Sequence record: NZ_CP084013.1
Direction: 5' to 3' (one strand)
DNA: 64,000 bases
DNA from: a plasmid
The notes under the pieces were generated by a model, which did no database searches, was not told the origin of the DNA, and worked only from the letters and a program-made list of their open reading frames with translations. This document shows, in pieces, positions 1-10,588 of this stretch (positions are counted from its first letter, which is position 1; each line of letters starts with the position of its first letter). Position numbers and translations under genes: made by a program.

Positions 1-1
1 C

Positions 2-1840
2 ACGAACACGTACCGGGCGCAGCCCGCCACGGACACGCCGACCGCAGTGAAGGCCGTCTCCGCGTCCGAAGGCAACCACTATAAGCTCAAGGGCGATGAT
101 TTCACGTTCACGCTCCACCGCGTGACCGCGCCCGACGGCGTCACGGCCGAAGCCGACCAGACGAAGACCAACGACGCCCGGGGCAACATCAGGTTCGACC
201 AACTGTCGTTCCCGTTGCCCGGAACCTACGTGTACACCGTTTCGGAACGGGACGTCACCGTCCCCGGCGTCACCAAGGACGGCACCGTCACCACCATCAC
301 CTACACGGTCAAGGACGTCGGCCATGCCGGACGGTTGAAGGTCGTCGATAAGACCATCACCCGTTCGGACGGCAAGACCGCGAACGGCATCCGATTCGAC
401 AACACGTACAATCCGAAAGGCGTCGGCTGCACGCTTGGCGGCGTGAAGACCATCATCAACGCGGATACGGCGACCAACCGCATCCCACAGGATGGCGAGT
501 TCACGTTCGCACTCACCTCGCATGACGGCGCGCCGATGCCCGAGGGGTCGAAGGACGGCGTGAAGACCGTCACCAACACCGGCACCGGTTTCACGTTCGG
601 ACGAATGGACTACGACAAGCCCGGAACCTACGTGTACACCGTCACCGAACAGGCCGGACGTGACCCAACCATCGGGTATTCCACCCAAGCCTATGACGTG
701 ACCGTCACCGTCACCGACCAAGGCGGCATGCTCTCGGCCACCGCCGACCGTCAGGCCAACGACATCCGCTTCGACAACACGTACACGCCGACACCCGTTG
801 ACGTGACCGTGAAGGCGGACAAGCACCTGACCGGACGTGATCTGAACGATGGCGAGTTCGCCGCCGAATTGAAGGATTCCGACGGCAACCTCCTCCAGAC
901 CAAACGGTTCGCCCGCGTTCCACGCGACGCGCAATCCGACAAGGCGACGGACGTCCGCGAAGGGGAAGGAACCCTCGAATTCGACAAGCTCACGTTCGAC
1001 CGGGCCGGCGTGTACACGTACACCGTGACCGAACAGGACGGCAATCTGGGCGGCGTCACCTACGACAGGACCGTCCACACCGTCACCGTCACCGTCACCG
1101 AGGACACGAAGACCCATCGGCTCGTCGCCGCCGTCTCCTACTCCAACGGCGAGGGCGGCGAGGATGGCATCCTCTTCCGCAACACGTACCAGCCGGGGAA
1201 CGTCATGGTCGAACTCGCGGCCAGGAAGAACCTGACCGGACGCGGGCTGAAGGCCGACGAATTCGAGTTCGAACTCGTGGACAAGGACGGCAAGGTCATC
1301 GACAGCGCGAGGAACGACAAGGACGGCGACATCCGGTTCAAGCCGCTCACCTACGGTCGTGACAACAACGGCATCGACGATTGCGGCGAACACCGGTACG
1401 TGATTCGGGAAAGGAACACCGGCGAGAAGAACGTCACCTACGACAGGACGGAACACCACGTGACCGTCACCGTGGGCGACGACCTGCAAGGCAACCTGAC
1501 CGCCAAAGTCGAATACGACCCGACGGACGATACGGCGAAGGATTCCAGCGCCATGCCCGCCACGCCGACCGACAAGACCGACAAGACCGATGGGGATGCC
1601 GTCGGGGACAAGCCGTCCACGACCCCCGGCGTGGTCACAACCACCGGAACCCGACCCGAGTTCACCAACTCGTACATCCCACCGGCGACCCCGGCCATCG
1701 TGAAGACGATTCGCCAACTCGCCAAGACCGGCGTATCCACGCCGACCGTGGCGTTGGCCGCGTTCACGCTCTTGGGAGTGGGATTGATGCTGTTCCGCCG
1801 TCGCGGAAACCAAACCGAGACCGCGCGACACAGGAAGTAA
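2..1840 (+). CDS. Cell-wall-anchored surface protein, 5'-partial (open to window start); repeated isopeptide-pilin/Cna-B-like domains; LAKTG sorting signal + TM + RRRGN tail
   Basis: ORF open from base 2. Repeats of the form DGEFxFxLxxxDG...FDxLTFxxAGxYxYTVTE typical of Spy0128-like pilin isopeptide domains. C-terminus LAKTG followed by hydrophobic stretch and basic tail (sortase substrate, LAXTG type). Confidence 0.7.
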   Translation, partial: TNTYRAQPATDTPTAVKAVSASEGNHYKLKGDDFTFTLHRVTAPDGVTAEADQTKTNDARGNIRFDQLSFPLPGTYVYTVSERDVTVPGVTKDGTVTTITYTVKDVGHAGRLKVVDKTITRSDGKTANGIRFDNTYNPKGVGCTLGGVKTIINADTATNRIPQDGEFTFALTSHDGAPMPEGSKDGVKTVTNTGTGFTFGRMDYDKPGTYVYTVTEQAGRDPTIGYSTQAYDVTVTVTDQGGMLSATADRQANDIRFDNTYTPTPVDVTVKADKHLTGRDLNDGEFAAELKDSDGNLLQTKRFARVPRDAQSDKATDVREGEGTLEFDKLTFDRAGVYTYTVTEQDGNLGGVTYDRTVHTVTVTVTEDTKTHRLVAAVSYSNGEGGEDGILFRNTYQPGNVMVELAARKNLTGRGLKADEFEFELVDKDGKVIDSARNDKDGDIRFKPLTYGRDNNGIDDCGEHRYVIRERNTGEKNVTYDRTEHHVTVTVGDDLQGNLTAKVEYDPTDDTAKDSSAMPATPTDKTDKTDGDAVGDKPSTTPGVVTTTGTRPEFTNSYIPPATPAIVKTIRQLAKTGVSTPTVALAAFTLLGVGLMLFRRRGNQTETARHRK

Positions 1841-1913
1841 GGCCACGGTAGGACAGTAGAAAGGCCGGGCAGGGGAGCGGATTCCCCGCCCTGCCTTTCT
1901 ACTGTTTTCTTAA

Positions 1914-2891
1914 ATGTCGGATACCCTGTTTGTGAGTGGCATTCAGGAGAACGGGAAAAACGTGGAAGACAATCAGCTTAAACGTGGCATGATGCCGCCT
2001 CTGATCGCGGCCGTCTGCGCGGTGATTCTGGTCGCGGCCGGCATCATCGGCTGGAACGCTTACAGCGGCGCGAAGCTCGCGCAGGCGAAGGAAACGTGCG
2101 CCGCCGCCGCCGACACCGTGCGCAACAATGCCAACGAATACAACGCGCTGCTCAACGGCGATGCCGCCGATGCCGCCGCCGTCAAGGCCGAACAGGTCGA
2201 GGACTCGAAGACCGTCGAATCCTTGGGCAAGGAGCTCAAGGCCATGGCACCCGAATACGAGGGCTGCGTGGCCGAAGACGCGCAAGGACTGGATGCCGCC
2301 ACCGTGAAGCTCAATGAACAGGCCGACTGGTACGAGACCCACGAGAAGAGCCTGTCGAAGGCGGTGAGGGCCGTCACCGAATCCAAGGCAGCGAAGAGGC
2401 TGGATGACGCGAAAACGAATCTGACGGCGAAGCTGGACGAGGCGTCGAAGCTGCTCGCGGATTCGGACGGCAAGGTCGCGGACAACGCCACCCGCGACGC
2501 ATTGTCGAACGCCATCGACGCGGCGAACGGGCTGAAGGACGGGAACGATCCGGCGAAGATCGACGGGGCGCGCAAAACGCTGGAGGATGCCATCAACGGC
2601 GTGAACGCGAGCGTCCAGGCAAAGACGGACGCGGATGCGCAAGCCGCCGCAGCGGCCGCAGCGGCAGCCCAGGCTCAGGCGCAGGCCCAATCCACCTACA
2701 GCGGCGTCTCCTCCTACTCCGGAGGCGCGTACAGGCGCACGGAAGGCTCCACTTCCGGCTCCAACACATACCGTGGCACCACATCGGGCGGCTCCGGCCC
2801 GGCCGCCGCCGCCCCAAAGCCGAACCTCAACGGCGCATACGGCTGCGGCAACAGCTGCACCGGCAAGGATGATGGCTATTACCATCACTGA
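1914..2891 (+). CDS. Membrane-anchored (N-terminal TM) Ala-rich coiled-coil protein with Gly/Ser/Tyr-rich C-terminal tail ending in a Cys pair; paralog of 22399..23427
   Basis: TM segment MMPPLIAAVCAVILVAAGIIGW; long A/K/D-rich helical region; tail ...SGGAYRRTEGSTSGSNTYRG...GCGNSCTG. Aligns along its length with the protein at 22399..23427 (e.g. TRDALSNAIDAANGLKDG vs VRTALENAIKSKDGK). Confidence 0.55.
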   Translation: MSDTLFVSGIQENGKNVEDNQLKRGMMPPLIAAVCAVILVAAGIIGWNAYSGAKLAQAKETCAAAADTVRNNANEYNALLNGDAADAAAVKAEQVEDSKTVESLGKELKAMAPEYEGCVAEDAQGLDAATVKLNEQADWYETHEKSLSKAVRAVTESKAAKRLDDAKTNLTAKLDEASKLLADSDGKVADNATRDALSNAIDAANGLKDGNDPAKIDGARKTLEDAINGVNASVQAKTDADAQAAAAAAAAAQAQAQAQSTYSGVSSYSGGAYRRTEGSTSGSNTYRGTTSGGSGPAAAAPKPNLNGAYGCGNSCTGKDDGYYHH

Positions 2892-3245
2892 TCGATGAAT
2901 GGCTGATTATGGCTCGTATCGGGAAACCGGTACGGGCCTTTTTCATGGATTTCGCAAAGGAAAGCCATGTCCCTGTGAACCTGTGCCCCCGCATTCCCGT
3001 GTACCCGTATTGCCGGGAAATACTTCCGGATTTTTTGTAGACGCCATGCTCCGTGGTTCGGCGTGTCGTCTGTGAGGCTTGTTGGTGGCTGCCGGGCCAA
3101 CCGGCGGCTACCTCCCGTTATTCCTGCGGTCGGAAGCCCCGCCACCCCTTGAAAAAAGGCGGCGGGGCCATGACCGGAAAGTTTGAGGGGAGGGGATGAA
3201 CAGACAAGGTTAACGGAGGTTCATTTGAACTTTGGCAGGAAGACG

Positions 3246-4271
3246 ATGAAACCCGGTCTGAGAAAGGTCGCCGCGCTCATACTCGCGTCCGCGATGCTGT
3301 TCGGTTCAGGCGCGTCGGTCGTGTCCGCCGCGTATGCGGACGATACGACCATGGGCACGTCCACGCGAATCCAAGCCGAACCCGACAAGACGACCACAGG
3401 CGGCGACGAGGCCGCGACGAAACCCGACGCCGGTTCCGGCGACGAGGCCGGAACCGGTGCGGACGAACAATCCGGCACCGGTGCGCCCGCGCAATCCGCT
3501 CCGCAGGCGGATGCGGGTCAGGCCGCACCGGCCGTGACCGTCCACGACATGCTCGACACGGACAGCGCCGCCGTGAGCAGGCTCAGGCTCATCGACCGCA
3601 TCACCGGCACCGCGCCGTTCGACAAGGACAATGAGCGCGGCGATGACAAGGACGAGAACAACGACATCGTCCGCTCCTACGATACGGTGACCTACGACTA
3701 CGAGTACACGCTCACCCCCGACTCGACCATGGACTACTATCGGCGCACGCGCGTCGGCTTCCGGTTCGAACTGCCCTACCCGAAGGACAAGGTCACGTTC
3801 GACGCGGAGAAGATGGGCTGGGTGGACCATACGCCCGGCTACGAGCCGAAACTCACCACGGAAACCATCGACGGGATTGTCACGCAGGTGTACACCTGCT
3901 ACCGTCTGTTGGAGCCGACCAGCCAGTCGCCGACCGTGAACCCCGGCACCGGTTCCATCGGCCTGTCGGTCGCCGTCAAGGGCGCGCCCCACGGCTACCG
4001 GTTCCATCCGACCGTCAAGGCGTGGACCCTGACGGTCTCACGGCCGACTGACGAAGCCATCCTTCGGCCGGCCCATGCGCCGGCCGAAGCGCTTTACGAC
4101 AACGGTGGAACCGTCTGGGCTTCATGGACGAGTTCATCCGCACTTCATCCATCGGCCTTCAGCCGTCCGGCATCACGTCCGGCAACGGCATTTCGCTGCG
4201 CTTGCGCGCCTTGCTATTTCTTGATCCCGGGATGCACGAACCTCGATAGGTCGAGGCCGGCGACGGCATGA
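3246..4271 (+). pseudogene. N-terminal fragment (signal peptide + N-terminal domain) of a secreted surface protein; reading frame degenerates after ~aa 270; probable remnant of the adhesin continuing at 5936
   Basis: Signal peptide MKPGLRKVAALILASAMLFGSGASVVSAAYA at 3246. Plausible domain through ...HPTVKAWTLTV, then Arg/Pro/Ser-rich out-of-frame-looking tail to stop at 4271. Downstream adhesin ORF at 5936 lacks a signal peptide and starts mid-repeat. Confidence 0.45.
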
Positions 4272-4427
4272 CCGGAATGAATCGTCGGCGTCATGGGAAT
4301 CGTTTGCCGATGGCCATTCCCTGTCGGCAAACGGCCCCTTTCCTCTACGTGAAATGCGCAACCTCCTGAGACATCATGAAGGCTGGGACCATCATCCCCC
4401 GGGAGACGACAGTCCCAGCCTTGGCTA

Positions 4428-4793
4428 TCAGTCGAAGATGGATTCCCCATCACCCAATACGCCCAGGGAGCGGAGCTCGCCGTCGAACCGGTCATGTTCC
4501 GCCTGCTCGCGCAGTTCCCTCTCCCATATCTCGTAGTCGTCGGCGTGCAGCCCCTCGTCGGGCCCGACCTTCCAGTCGAAGCGTCGCAGCCGGCTGATGC
4601 CGGGCATGACGGTGCCGTCCGGTCGGGTCAGCGGATGGTTGACGACGACCTTGCTGCAGGTAGACCACTCGTCGGTGACGGCGAACCCGGATCCGTCGGC
4701 CAGCGTCTCGTATTCGCCCACGAGCCTCCTGCCTTGCTCGTACCATTCGCACATGTGCAGCGTGAACGACCCGTCCTCATGCTCCTCGTACAT
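4428..4793 (-). CDS. Hypothetical protein (121 aa)
   Basis: Clean ORF, acidic, codon usage consistent with GC-rich coding. Tandem with 4816..5196, inside the block that interrupts the adhesin gene. Confidence 0.4.
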   Translation of the reverse strand: MYEEHEDGSFTLHMCEWYEQGRRLVGEYETLADGSGFAVTDEWSTCSKVVVNHPLTRPDGTVMPGISRLRRFDWKVGPDEGLHADDYEIWERELREQAEHDRFDGELRSLGVLGDGESIFD

Positions 4794-4815
4794 GACCGTC
4801 TCCTCTTCCGCAATC

Positions 4816-5196
4816 CTAGAGCTCGATGTCCTGGGCGAGCATGGTGGCCGCGTCGTTTTTGTGTTCGATCCACCATGCCGCGTCGTTCATCCGCAGCACC
4901 TGCCTGCGCAGTTCGGCGAACGCGTCACGGTCCTCGATGCGCGCGTGGCGGGCGAGCACGTCGACCTGGCTGAGGGTGCGGCGTCGTATCGGCTCCGCCC
5001 GGTCGCACTGGGATTTCGAGCCCCACAGTTCGCAGAACCCGTCAAGCCTGTTGCGCTGCCGGGACGCGATGCCGATGCAGGCGGGACATGACACCCGTTC
5101 CGCGTTCCTCACCCGCTGTTCGACGACCACGTACGGGCCGTCCACGTTGATCCGCTCCTGGTGCCCGCATGCGTGCGTGACGAATCTCCAAGCCAT
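4816..5196 (-). CDS. Hypothetical protein (126 aa) with CxH...CPxC cysteine/histidine cluster
   Basis: ORF with HACGHQ...CPAC motif, possible zinc binding. No recognisable family from sequence alone. Confidence 0.4.
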   Translation of the reverse strand: MAWRFVTHACGHQERINVDGPYVVVEQRVRNAERVSCPACIGIASRQRNRLDGFCELWGSKSQCDRAEPIRRRTLSQVDVLARHARIEDRDAFAELRRQVLRMNDAAWWIEHKNDAATMLAQDIEL

Positions 5197-5375
5197 GACC
5201 TACCGCCTTCCCGGAACAAAACCGAACCAATATTCGAACAAATGTTCTATTAAGGCGGGGACATGCACCCGTTTGACGCCCGGCGGGAACGCTACGACCG
5301 ACACGGGGCGCGCCGCGACTCCGGCCCGTATTCCGACGATGTCATGGTACAATTTATTGTACAAACAGGAGGTGC

Positions 5376-5645
5376 GTGATGACACAGGCCGTGGCCTACA
5401 GCAATTTCAGGGCGAATCTCAAGACCTATATGCGCAAGGTCAACGAGGACGCCGACACCCTTCTCGTGACCAACGCGGACCCGGAGGACAACGTGGTCGT
5501 GATGAGCGCCGACGACTACGATTCGCTCATGGAGACGCTGCGCGTCTACCAGAACCCGTATCTAAGCGACAAGGTGATGCGCGGCATGGCGCAGGTCCGG
5601 CAGGGCCAGACGATGGCCCATGACCTTATCGAAGCGGGCGCGTGA
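5376..5645 (+). CDS. yefM: Type II antitoxin, Phd/YefM family
   Basis: 89 aa. Architecture matches YefM (N-terminal ...YSNFRANL..., NVVVMSADDYDSLMETL). 4-nt ATGA overlap with downstream yoeB. Confidence 0.85.
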   Translation: MMTQAVAYSNFRANLKTYMRKVNEDADTLLVTNADPEDNVVVMSADDYDSLMETLRVYQNPYLSDKVMRGMAQVRQGQTMAHDLIEAGA

Positions 5646-5899
5646 TGCTGCTCTGCTGGACCGAAGACGCCTGGGCCGACTACCTGTACTGGCAGGCTCA
5701 GGACCGCAAGACCCTCAAGCGCGTCAACACGCTCATCCGGGACATGCAGCGAACCCCGTTCGAAGGCATCGGCAAGCCCGAACCCCTCAAATGGGGCCTG
5801 TCCGGCGCATGGTCGCGGCGTATCGATTCGGCCAACCGTATCATCTATACCGTCGCCGACGACAGGCTCTGCATCCTCTCCGCGAAGGACCACTACTGA
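5642..5899 (+). CDS. yoeB: Type II toxin YoeB (Txe/YoeB mRNA interferase)
   Basis: 85 aa. Near-identical motif set to E. coli YoeB: WTEDAWADYLYWQAQDRKTLKRVNTLIRDMQRTPFEGIGKPEPLKWGLSGAWSRRI...DDRLCILSAKDHY. Confidence 0.9.
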   Translation: MMLLCWTEDAWADYLYWQAQDRKTLKRVNTLIRDMQRTPFEGIGKPEPLKWGLSGAWSRRIDSANRIIYTVADDRLCILSAKDHY

Positions 5900-5935
5900 A
5901 TTGCGTGGGACGGAGTTGCTTGCGCCTATTACCAG

Positions 5936-8900
5936 GTGCCCGAAGGACAGAAGAACACGGTATTCATGTTCAAGAGCCTCGAAGGCTTCAAAGAGGTTGA
6001 GACCCTGCCCGGCAACAACGTCGGCAATCTCGTGGACGACATCGAGTTCTCCCGTTCCTACAAGTTGACCTATGACAAGAACGCGTCCGACGCGACCGGC
6101 AAGGTCCCGTCGAATCAGCGTGGCAGGGAGAACGCCGTCGAGCCCGCCGAATCGAAGACTACCGGAAACGTGAAGACGGTGGCGGATAATACGTCGAATC
6201 TGCCGGACCATCTGGTGAACGGCACGTTCGATTATCGCGGCAACGAGATCATCAACGAGAACCAGAGGGTCTACGGCGGGCACGACACAACCTACCTCGC
6301 CATGATCAGCGCGAAGACCGGCATCATCGGCAACCCGCTGCACAGCAAGCTCGACAATTGGGATTCCGGCAAGTTCGGCTGGAAATCCAACGACGACACC
6401 GCCGGCGTCGACGCCGTCGAGGTGCAGCGCCGCAACCACACCCCGTATCCGACCAACGCGGGCAACGTGTGGGGCGAGATCGCCGCAGCCAAGCGAGGCA
6501 AGTACATCTACCAGGACATCGCCACCACGCCCGGCGTCGTGTACAGGTGGAGCCTCAAGCACGCGTCCCGCAACTCGGACCAGGACGACAGCATGCAGGT
6601 CATGATCGGCGAACCCGGAGCCGAGGCCGTGCAGGAGGCAACCCGCACCACATCCAACGGCACCGACAAAGTCGGCGAGAAGTCCACCACGATCACCACG
6701 CACGGCACCGCGCAGGACGGCAGATGGGAGACCTATACCGGCGACTACCTCGCCACCTCGACCACGACCCGCTTCACGTTCAGGAGCGTCAGGGACTCCA
6801 ACGGTCAGGGCCTCGACTTCACCGCCGAAGGCAACTGCGTCGACGACCTAAGCTTCGACAAGGCGTACAAGCTCTCTTACGACAAGAATTCTTCGGACGC
6901 GACCGGCAGCGTGCCATCCAATCAATACGGCAAGGAGAACACCGTACAGCCCGCCAAGTCCAAGACCACGGGCAGTGTCGGACTCGCGGCTGACAAAACC
7001 GCTTCCGGCCTGACGGTGCATGATCTGAAGAAGAACGACAAGGGCAAGGTGCCCTCCAATTCGAAGGCGGATTCCACGCAGCCGGCCGCGTTCAAGGCTC
7101 CGGACGCCAAGGTGGAGACCATCGCCTCCAGGGCCGCGGGCGACGAGCTGGCCGTGAACGGCGGGTTCGACACCCCGAAGTGGACGATCGCCAAGGAGGG
7201 GCAGGGCCTGCCCTGGGTGTATGTGAAGCCCAATGCGGGCACGATCCGCTCCTACGCGCAGGCCATGGCCGGACAGACGGGCGTGAAGGCCGGCGGCCTG
7301 ATCGCCGGCGCCTCCACCAAATACCCGTGGGACGACTGGACCGTCGTCGACCCGATCAACGGCAGATACGCGCGGCACATCGGCGTCGATAAGGACCCCT
7401 GGGCGCCAATCCCGGGATGGGACGCCTCCAAATTCGCATGGAAGTCAACCCAGACCAAGGGAACCAACTGGCAGCAGATCGCACAGGGAGTCGAACTACA
7501 GAAGGACTCCAAGACCGGCAACCAGTACGCGGAACTCGTCGCGGGACAGGCGGGCACCGCCCTCTACCAGGACATCGCCACCATCCCGGGCGTGTCCTAC
7601 CGCTGGGAGTTGAAACACGCCAGCCTCGACAGGACCCACCTCGACGGGATGAGCGTCATGATCGGCGAACCCGGCAAGGAATCCGCCCAAGACGCGACGC
7701 GAACCACCGTCAACGGCAACGGCGACCAGCCGGGCGACGTCGGCAAGGTCATCTCCACGAAGGTGCGCAACAAAGCCGAACTGGGCGGCAGCTCGAACCA
7801 TTCCAGCCGTAACCATGACGGGCAGTGGGAGACCTACACCGGCACGTACATCGCCACCGGGACGGTCACCCGCTTCACCTTCAAATCGGTAAGCTCCAGC
7901 AACAACGTCAACGGCAACATCCTCGACGATCTGAGCTTCACCAAGGCCTACAGGCTCGGCTACGACGCGAACGGCGGAACCGGCCAAGTGCCCTCGCGCA
8001 CCGAGACGGGCAGGACCGAAACCGCCGCATCCGGGACGGATGGCACGGTCAGGCTTGCGGCCGACAAGAGCGCCGGACCGGAATCCGGAACCATCGCGGA
8101 CGACCGCAGGGTGCTGACCGACACGACCGCCAGACAGGATGACGGGACCAGCCAGCGGACGATCACCCGATCCGACGGTTCCGTGCGCGTGGAGACCATC
8201 GCCACGACGGGCGCCGTATCCGGCTGCCAGGTCTATTATCCGGCCGGCACCAGGATCACATTGGCGACCGCGAAGGCCGACTCCGACTGCTGGGATTCCA
8301 GCCAGATCGGCAAGACCAACCGCACGTTCTACGGTTGGAGCGCGAACACGGACGCCAACGACAGGGACGTGCCCGTCGGCGACACCATGGACCGGAACAC
8401 GCTGAACGCGAACGTCAGGACGGAAATCGTCATGCCCGCCAGGGCGAAGACCGTATACGCGTTGTGGGCCATCAACCCCACGCTCTCCTACAACGTGAAC
8501 GCGCCCGCCGGCAGCAACGCGCCCGGCACGCCCGCATCGCAGACCGTGCCCTACAACACGGCCGCCGCCGACAAATCCGGTTGGGCGGCCGGCGACACGG
8601 GCAAGATTCCCGGCTACCGGTTCGACGGCTGGTACACGGCCCCGAACGGCGGAAACAAATACGATTTCAACACGCCGCTCACCGGCAACGTGACCGTGTA
8701 CGCGCACTGGGTCGGCAACGGGTACACAGTCAGATTCGCCGGCAACGGGGCGACCGGCGGCGGCACCCCGGATCAGGCGTTCCAATACAACATCGGCCAG
8801 AACCTGCACCGGAACGGGTTCGTCCGCGACGGATACACGTTCACCGGGTGGAAGCGCGCCGACAACCAGCAGGCGTACGGCGACGGCCAGTGGGTCACGA

Positions 8901-10588
8901 ACCTGACCACGCAGCCGAACGGGATCGTCACCATGGTCGCCCAATGGTCGGCCAACGAGGCCCACATCCGCTACAATCCGAACCCGCCCGCGGGCAAGAC
9001 CACGGGAGGCCAGGGCACCCCCAACTGGGATGGCCACACCGGAGACACGCCGACCATCGGCCAGAACGGCTGGACGATCGACGGGTACACGTTCGCCGGC
9101 TGGGCCACCAGCCCGGACGGGAGCGGCGCCAGGTACGCGCCGGGAGCCAGGTGGACGGCGAACGGCACGCTCACCCTGTACGCGCAGTGGACGCCCGGCC
9201 AGGCCAGCCTCACCTACGACGGCAACGGGGCGACCGGCGGCAAGACCGACCCGCAGACTGGCAAGACCGACGAGAAGATCAACGTGCGCGACAACGGATT
9301 CACCCGCGACGGCTACACGTTCGTCACGTGGAACACTCAGGCCGACTGCAAGGGCAATGCAGTGAAACCTAACAGCGAGTGGACGTTGCGTGGTTCCAGC
9401 ACCCTATATGCCTGCTGGGCCGGTAACGCACAAACCCTCACCTATCACGGCAACGGCGCAACCGGAGGCAACACGGCTGTACAATCCGGCAAGACCGGTG
9501 ACGAACTGACCACAAACGCCAATGGTTTCACCCGCGACGGATACACGTTCGTTCGTTGGGACACCGCCAAGGACGGTTCCGGCACCGCATACGGCGAAGG
9601 CAAGAACGGCGTCAGCCAGTACGTGATGAAGCCAGCAGGCAACGACCTGTACGCCATCTGGAAGGCAAACCCGGCAACCATCCAGTACCGCAACGACTGG
9701 CCGAACACCACAGGCAGCACACCCGACACCACCGGCAACACCGGCGACACGGTGACCATCAGCCAGAACAGCTTCGACCGTCCAGGCTACACGTTCACCG
9801 GCTGGAGCACCAGCAAACGCGGCGACCCAAGCCTGCAACCGGGCGACAAACACACGCTTGAACCGAGAACCACCACCGTGTGGGCCCAATGGAAGGCCGA
9901 CCCCGCACACCTGGTGTACAACAGCAACATCGGAACCGTCGGCTCGGAAACCAAGACGGTGGACGGTGTTGTCGACCAGACCGTGAAGACCATCACGAAC
10001 CCGTTCGACCGTCCTGGTTACACATTCTCCGGCTGGAACACGCAGGCCGACGGCAAGGGCAAGGCATACGCCACGGGAGCCGACTACGTGCTGACGGCCA
10101 ACGACAAGTCCACGCCGAAGAACACCTCCGTGCTCTACGCGCAGTGGAAAATCAACGGTGCCAGCCTGAAGTTCAACCCGAACGGCGGCATCGGCCATGT
10201 CGATGACGTGACCGGCGACGCCTTCTCCACCGTCACCATCCCCGGTGACGCGAAGGAGCCGAAGATCACCCGACCCGGCTACCGGTTCGTCGGATGGAGC
10301 ACGGAGAAGAACCCGCCCGCAGGGAGCACTTTCCTGCAGCCGGGCGAAGGCAAGGTCACACTGCCCGCCGAAGGCAGCACCACCGTGTACGCCCAGTGGG
10401 AGCCGAGCCTGACCACCCTGCCGTTCACGGGCGGACAGGCCCAGGTGCCGACCATCTGGCTGTACGCCGGATTCGCGCTCATGCTGATCGCGCTCGGCGT
10501 GATGATGCCGATGCTACGCATGCGCATGGCCGCAACCAAGCGCACCGGTAAGCACATGCCGATCACCGGCGGAAAGCACGCGAAGTGA
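5936..10588 (+). CDS. Large LPXTG-type (LPFTG) surface adhesin, N-terminally truncated (no signal peptide, starts inside a repeat); 3 CBM-like ~370-aa repeats + Ser/Thr-rich linker + ~9 Listeria-Bacteroides (Flg_new) repeats
   Basis: GTG start right after the yoeB stop in the same frame; no signal peptide. First residues (..TVFMFKSLEGFKEV..NLVDDIEFSRSYKLTYD) match the C-terminal end of the internal repeats (TRFTFKSV...ILDDLSFTKAYRLGYD). Later repeats carry the (R)DGYTFxGW...YAxW signature of Flg_new/InlB B-repeats. C-terminus LPFTG + TM + KRTGKH tail. Confidence 0.75.
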   Translation: MPEGQKNTVFMFKSLEGFKEVETLPGNNVGNLVDDIEFSRSYKLTYDKNASDATGKVPSNQRGRENAVEPAESKTTGNVKTVADNTSNLPDHLVNGTFDYRGNEIINENQRVYGGHDTTYLAMISAKTGIIGNPLHSKLDNWDSGKFGWKSNDDTAGVDAVEVQRRNHTPYPTNAGNVWGEIAAAKRGKYIYQDIATTPGVVYRWSLKHASRNSDQDDSMQVMIGEPGAEAVQEATRTTSNGTDKVGEKSTTITTHGTAQDGRWETYTGDYLATSTTTRFTFRSVRDSNGQGLDFTAEGNCVDDLSFDKAYKLSYDKNSSDATGSVPSNQYGKENTVQPAKSKTTGSVGLAADKTASGLTVHDLKKNDKGKVPSNSKADSTQPAAFKAPDAKVETIASRAAGDELAVNGGFDTPKWTIAKEGQGLPWVYVKPNAGTIRSYAQAMAGQTGVKAGGLIAGASTKYPWDDWTVVDPINGRYARHIGVDKDPWAPIPGWDASKFAWKSTQTKGTNWQQIAQGVELQKDSKTGNQYAELVAGQAGTALYQDIATIPGVSYRWELKHASLDRTHLDGMSVMIGEPGKESAQDATRTTVNGNGDQPGDVGKVISTKVRNKAELGGSSNHSSRNHDGQWETYTGTYIATGTVTRFTFKSVSSSNNVNGNILDDLSFTKAYRLGYDANGGTGQVPSRTETGRTETAASGTDGTVRLAADKSAGPESGTIADDRRVLTDTTARQDDGTSQRTITRSDGSVRVETIATTGAVSGCQVYYPAGTRITLATAKADSDCWDSSQIGKTNRTFYGWSANTDANDRDVPVGDTMDRNTLNANVRTEIVMPARAKTVYALWAINPTLSYNVNAPAGSNAPGTPASQTVPYNTAAADKSGWAAGDTGKIPGYRFDGWYTAPNGGNKYDFNTPLTGNVTVYAHWVGNGYTVRFAGNGATGGGTPDQAFQYNIGQNLHRNGFVRDGYTFTGWKRADNQQAYGDGQWVTNLTTQPNGIVTMVAQWSANEAHIRYNPNPPAGKTTGGQGTPNWDGHTGDTPTIGQNGWTIDGYTFAGWATSPDGSGARYAPGARWTANGTLTLYAQWTPGQASLTYDGNGATGGKTDPQTGKTDEKINVRDNGFTRDGYTFVTWNTQADCKGNAVKPNSEWTLRGSSTLYACWAGNAQTLTYHGNGATGGNTAVQSGKTGDELTTNANGFTRDGYTFVRWDTAKDGSGTAYGEGKNGVSQYVMKPAGNDLYAIWKANPATIQYRNDWPNTTGSTPDTTGNTGDTVTISQNSFDRPGYTFTGWSTSKRGDPSLQPGDKHTLEPRTTTVWAQWKADPAHLVYNSNIGTVGSETKTVDGVVDQTVKTITNPFDRPGYTFSGWNTQADGKGKAYATGADYVLTANDKSTPKNTSVLYAQWKINGASLKFNPNGGIGHVDDVTGDAFSTVTIPGDAKEPKITRPGYRFVGWSTEKNPPAGSTFLQPGEGKVTLPAEGSTTVYAQWEPSLTTLPFTGGQAQVPTIWLYAGFALMLIALGVMMPMLRMRMAATKRTGKHMPITGGKHAK

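Noticed and set aside
1899-2888. 329-aa minus-strand ORF opposite the 1914..2891 gene
   Set aside because: Arg/Gly/Val-rich antisense shadow of a high-GC gene. The plus-strand protein has a coherent TM + coiled-coil architecture and a paralog elsewhere in the window.
5546-9037. Long minus-strand ORFs (5546..6703, 7496..9037) and many 60-350-aa ORFs in alternative frames inside the 5936..10588 adhesin gene
   Set aside because: Typical high-GC alternative-frame ORFs (Arg/Gly/Pro/His-rich, no domains). The sense frame carries repeat domains, Flg_new repeats and LPFTG.
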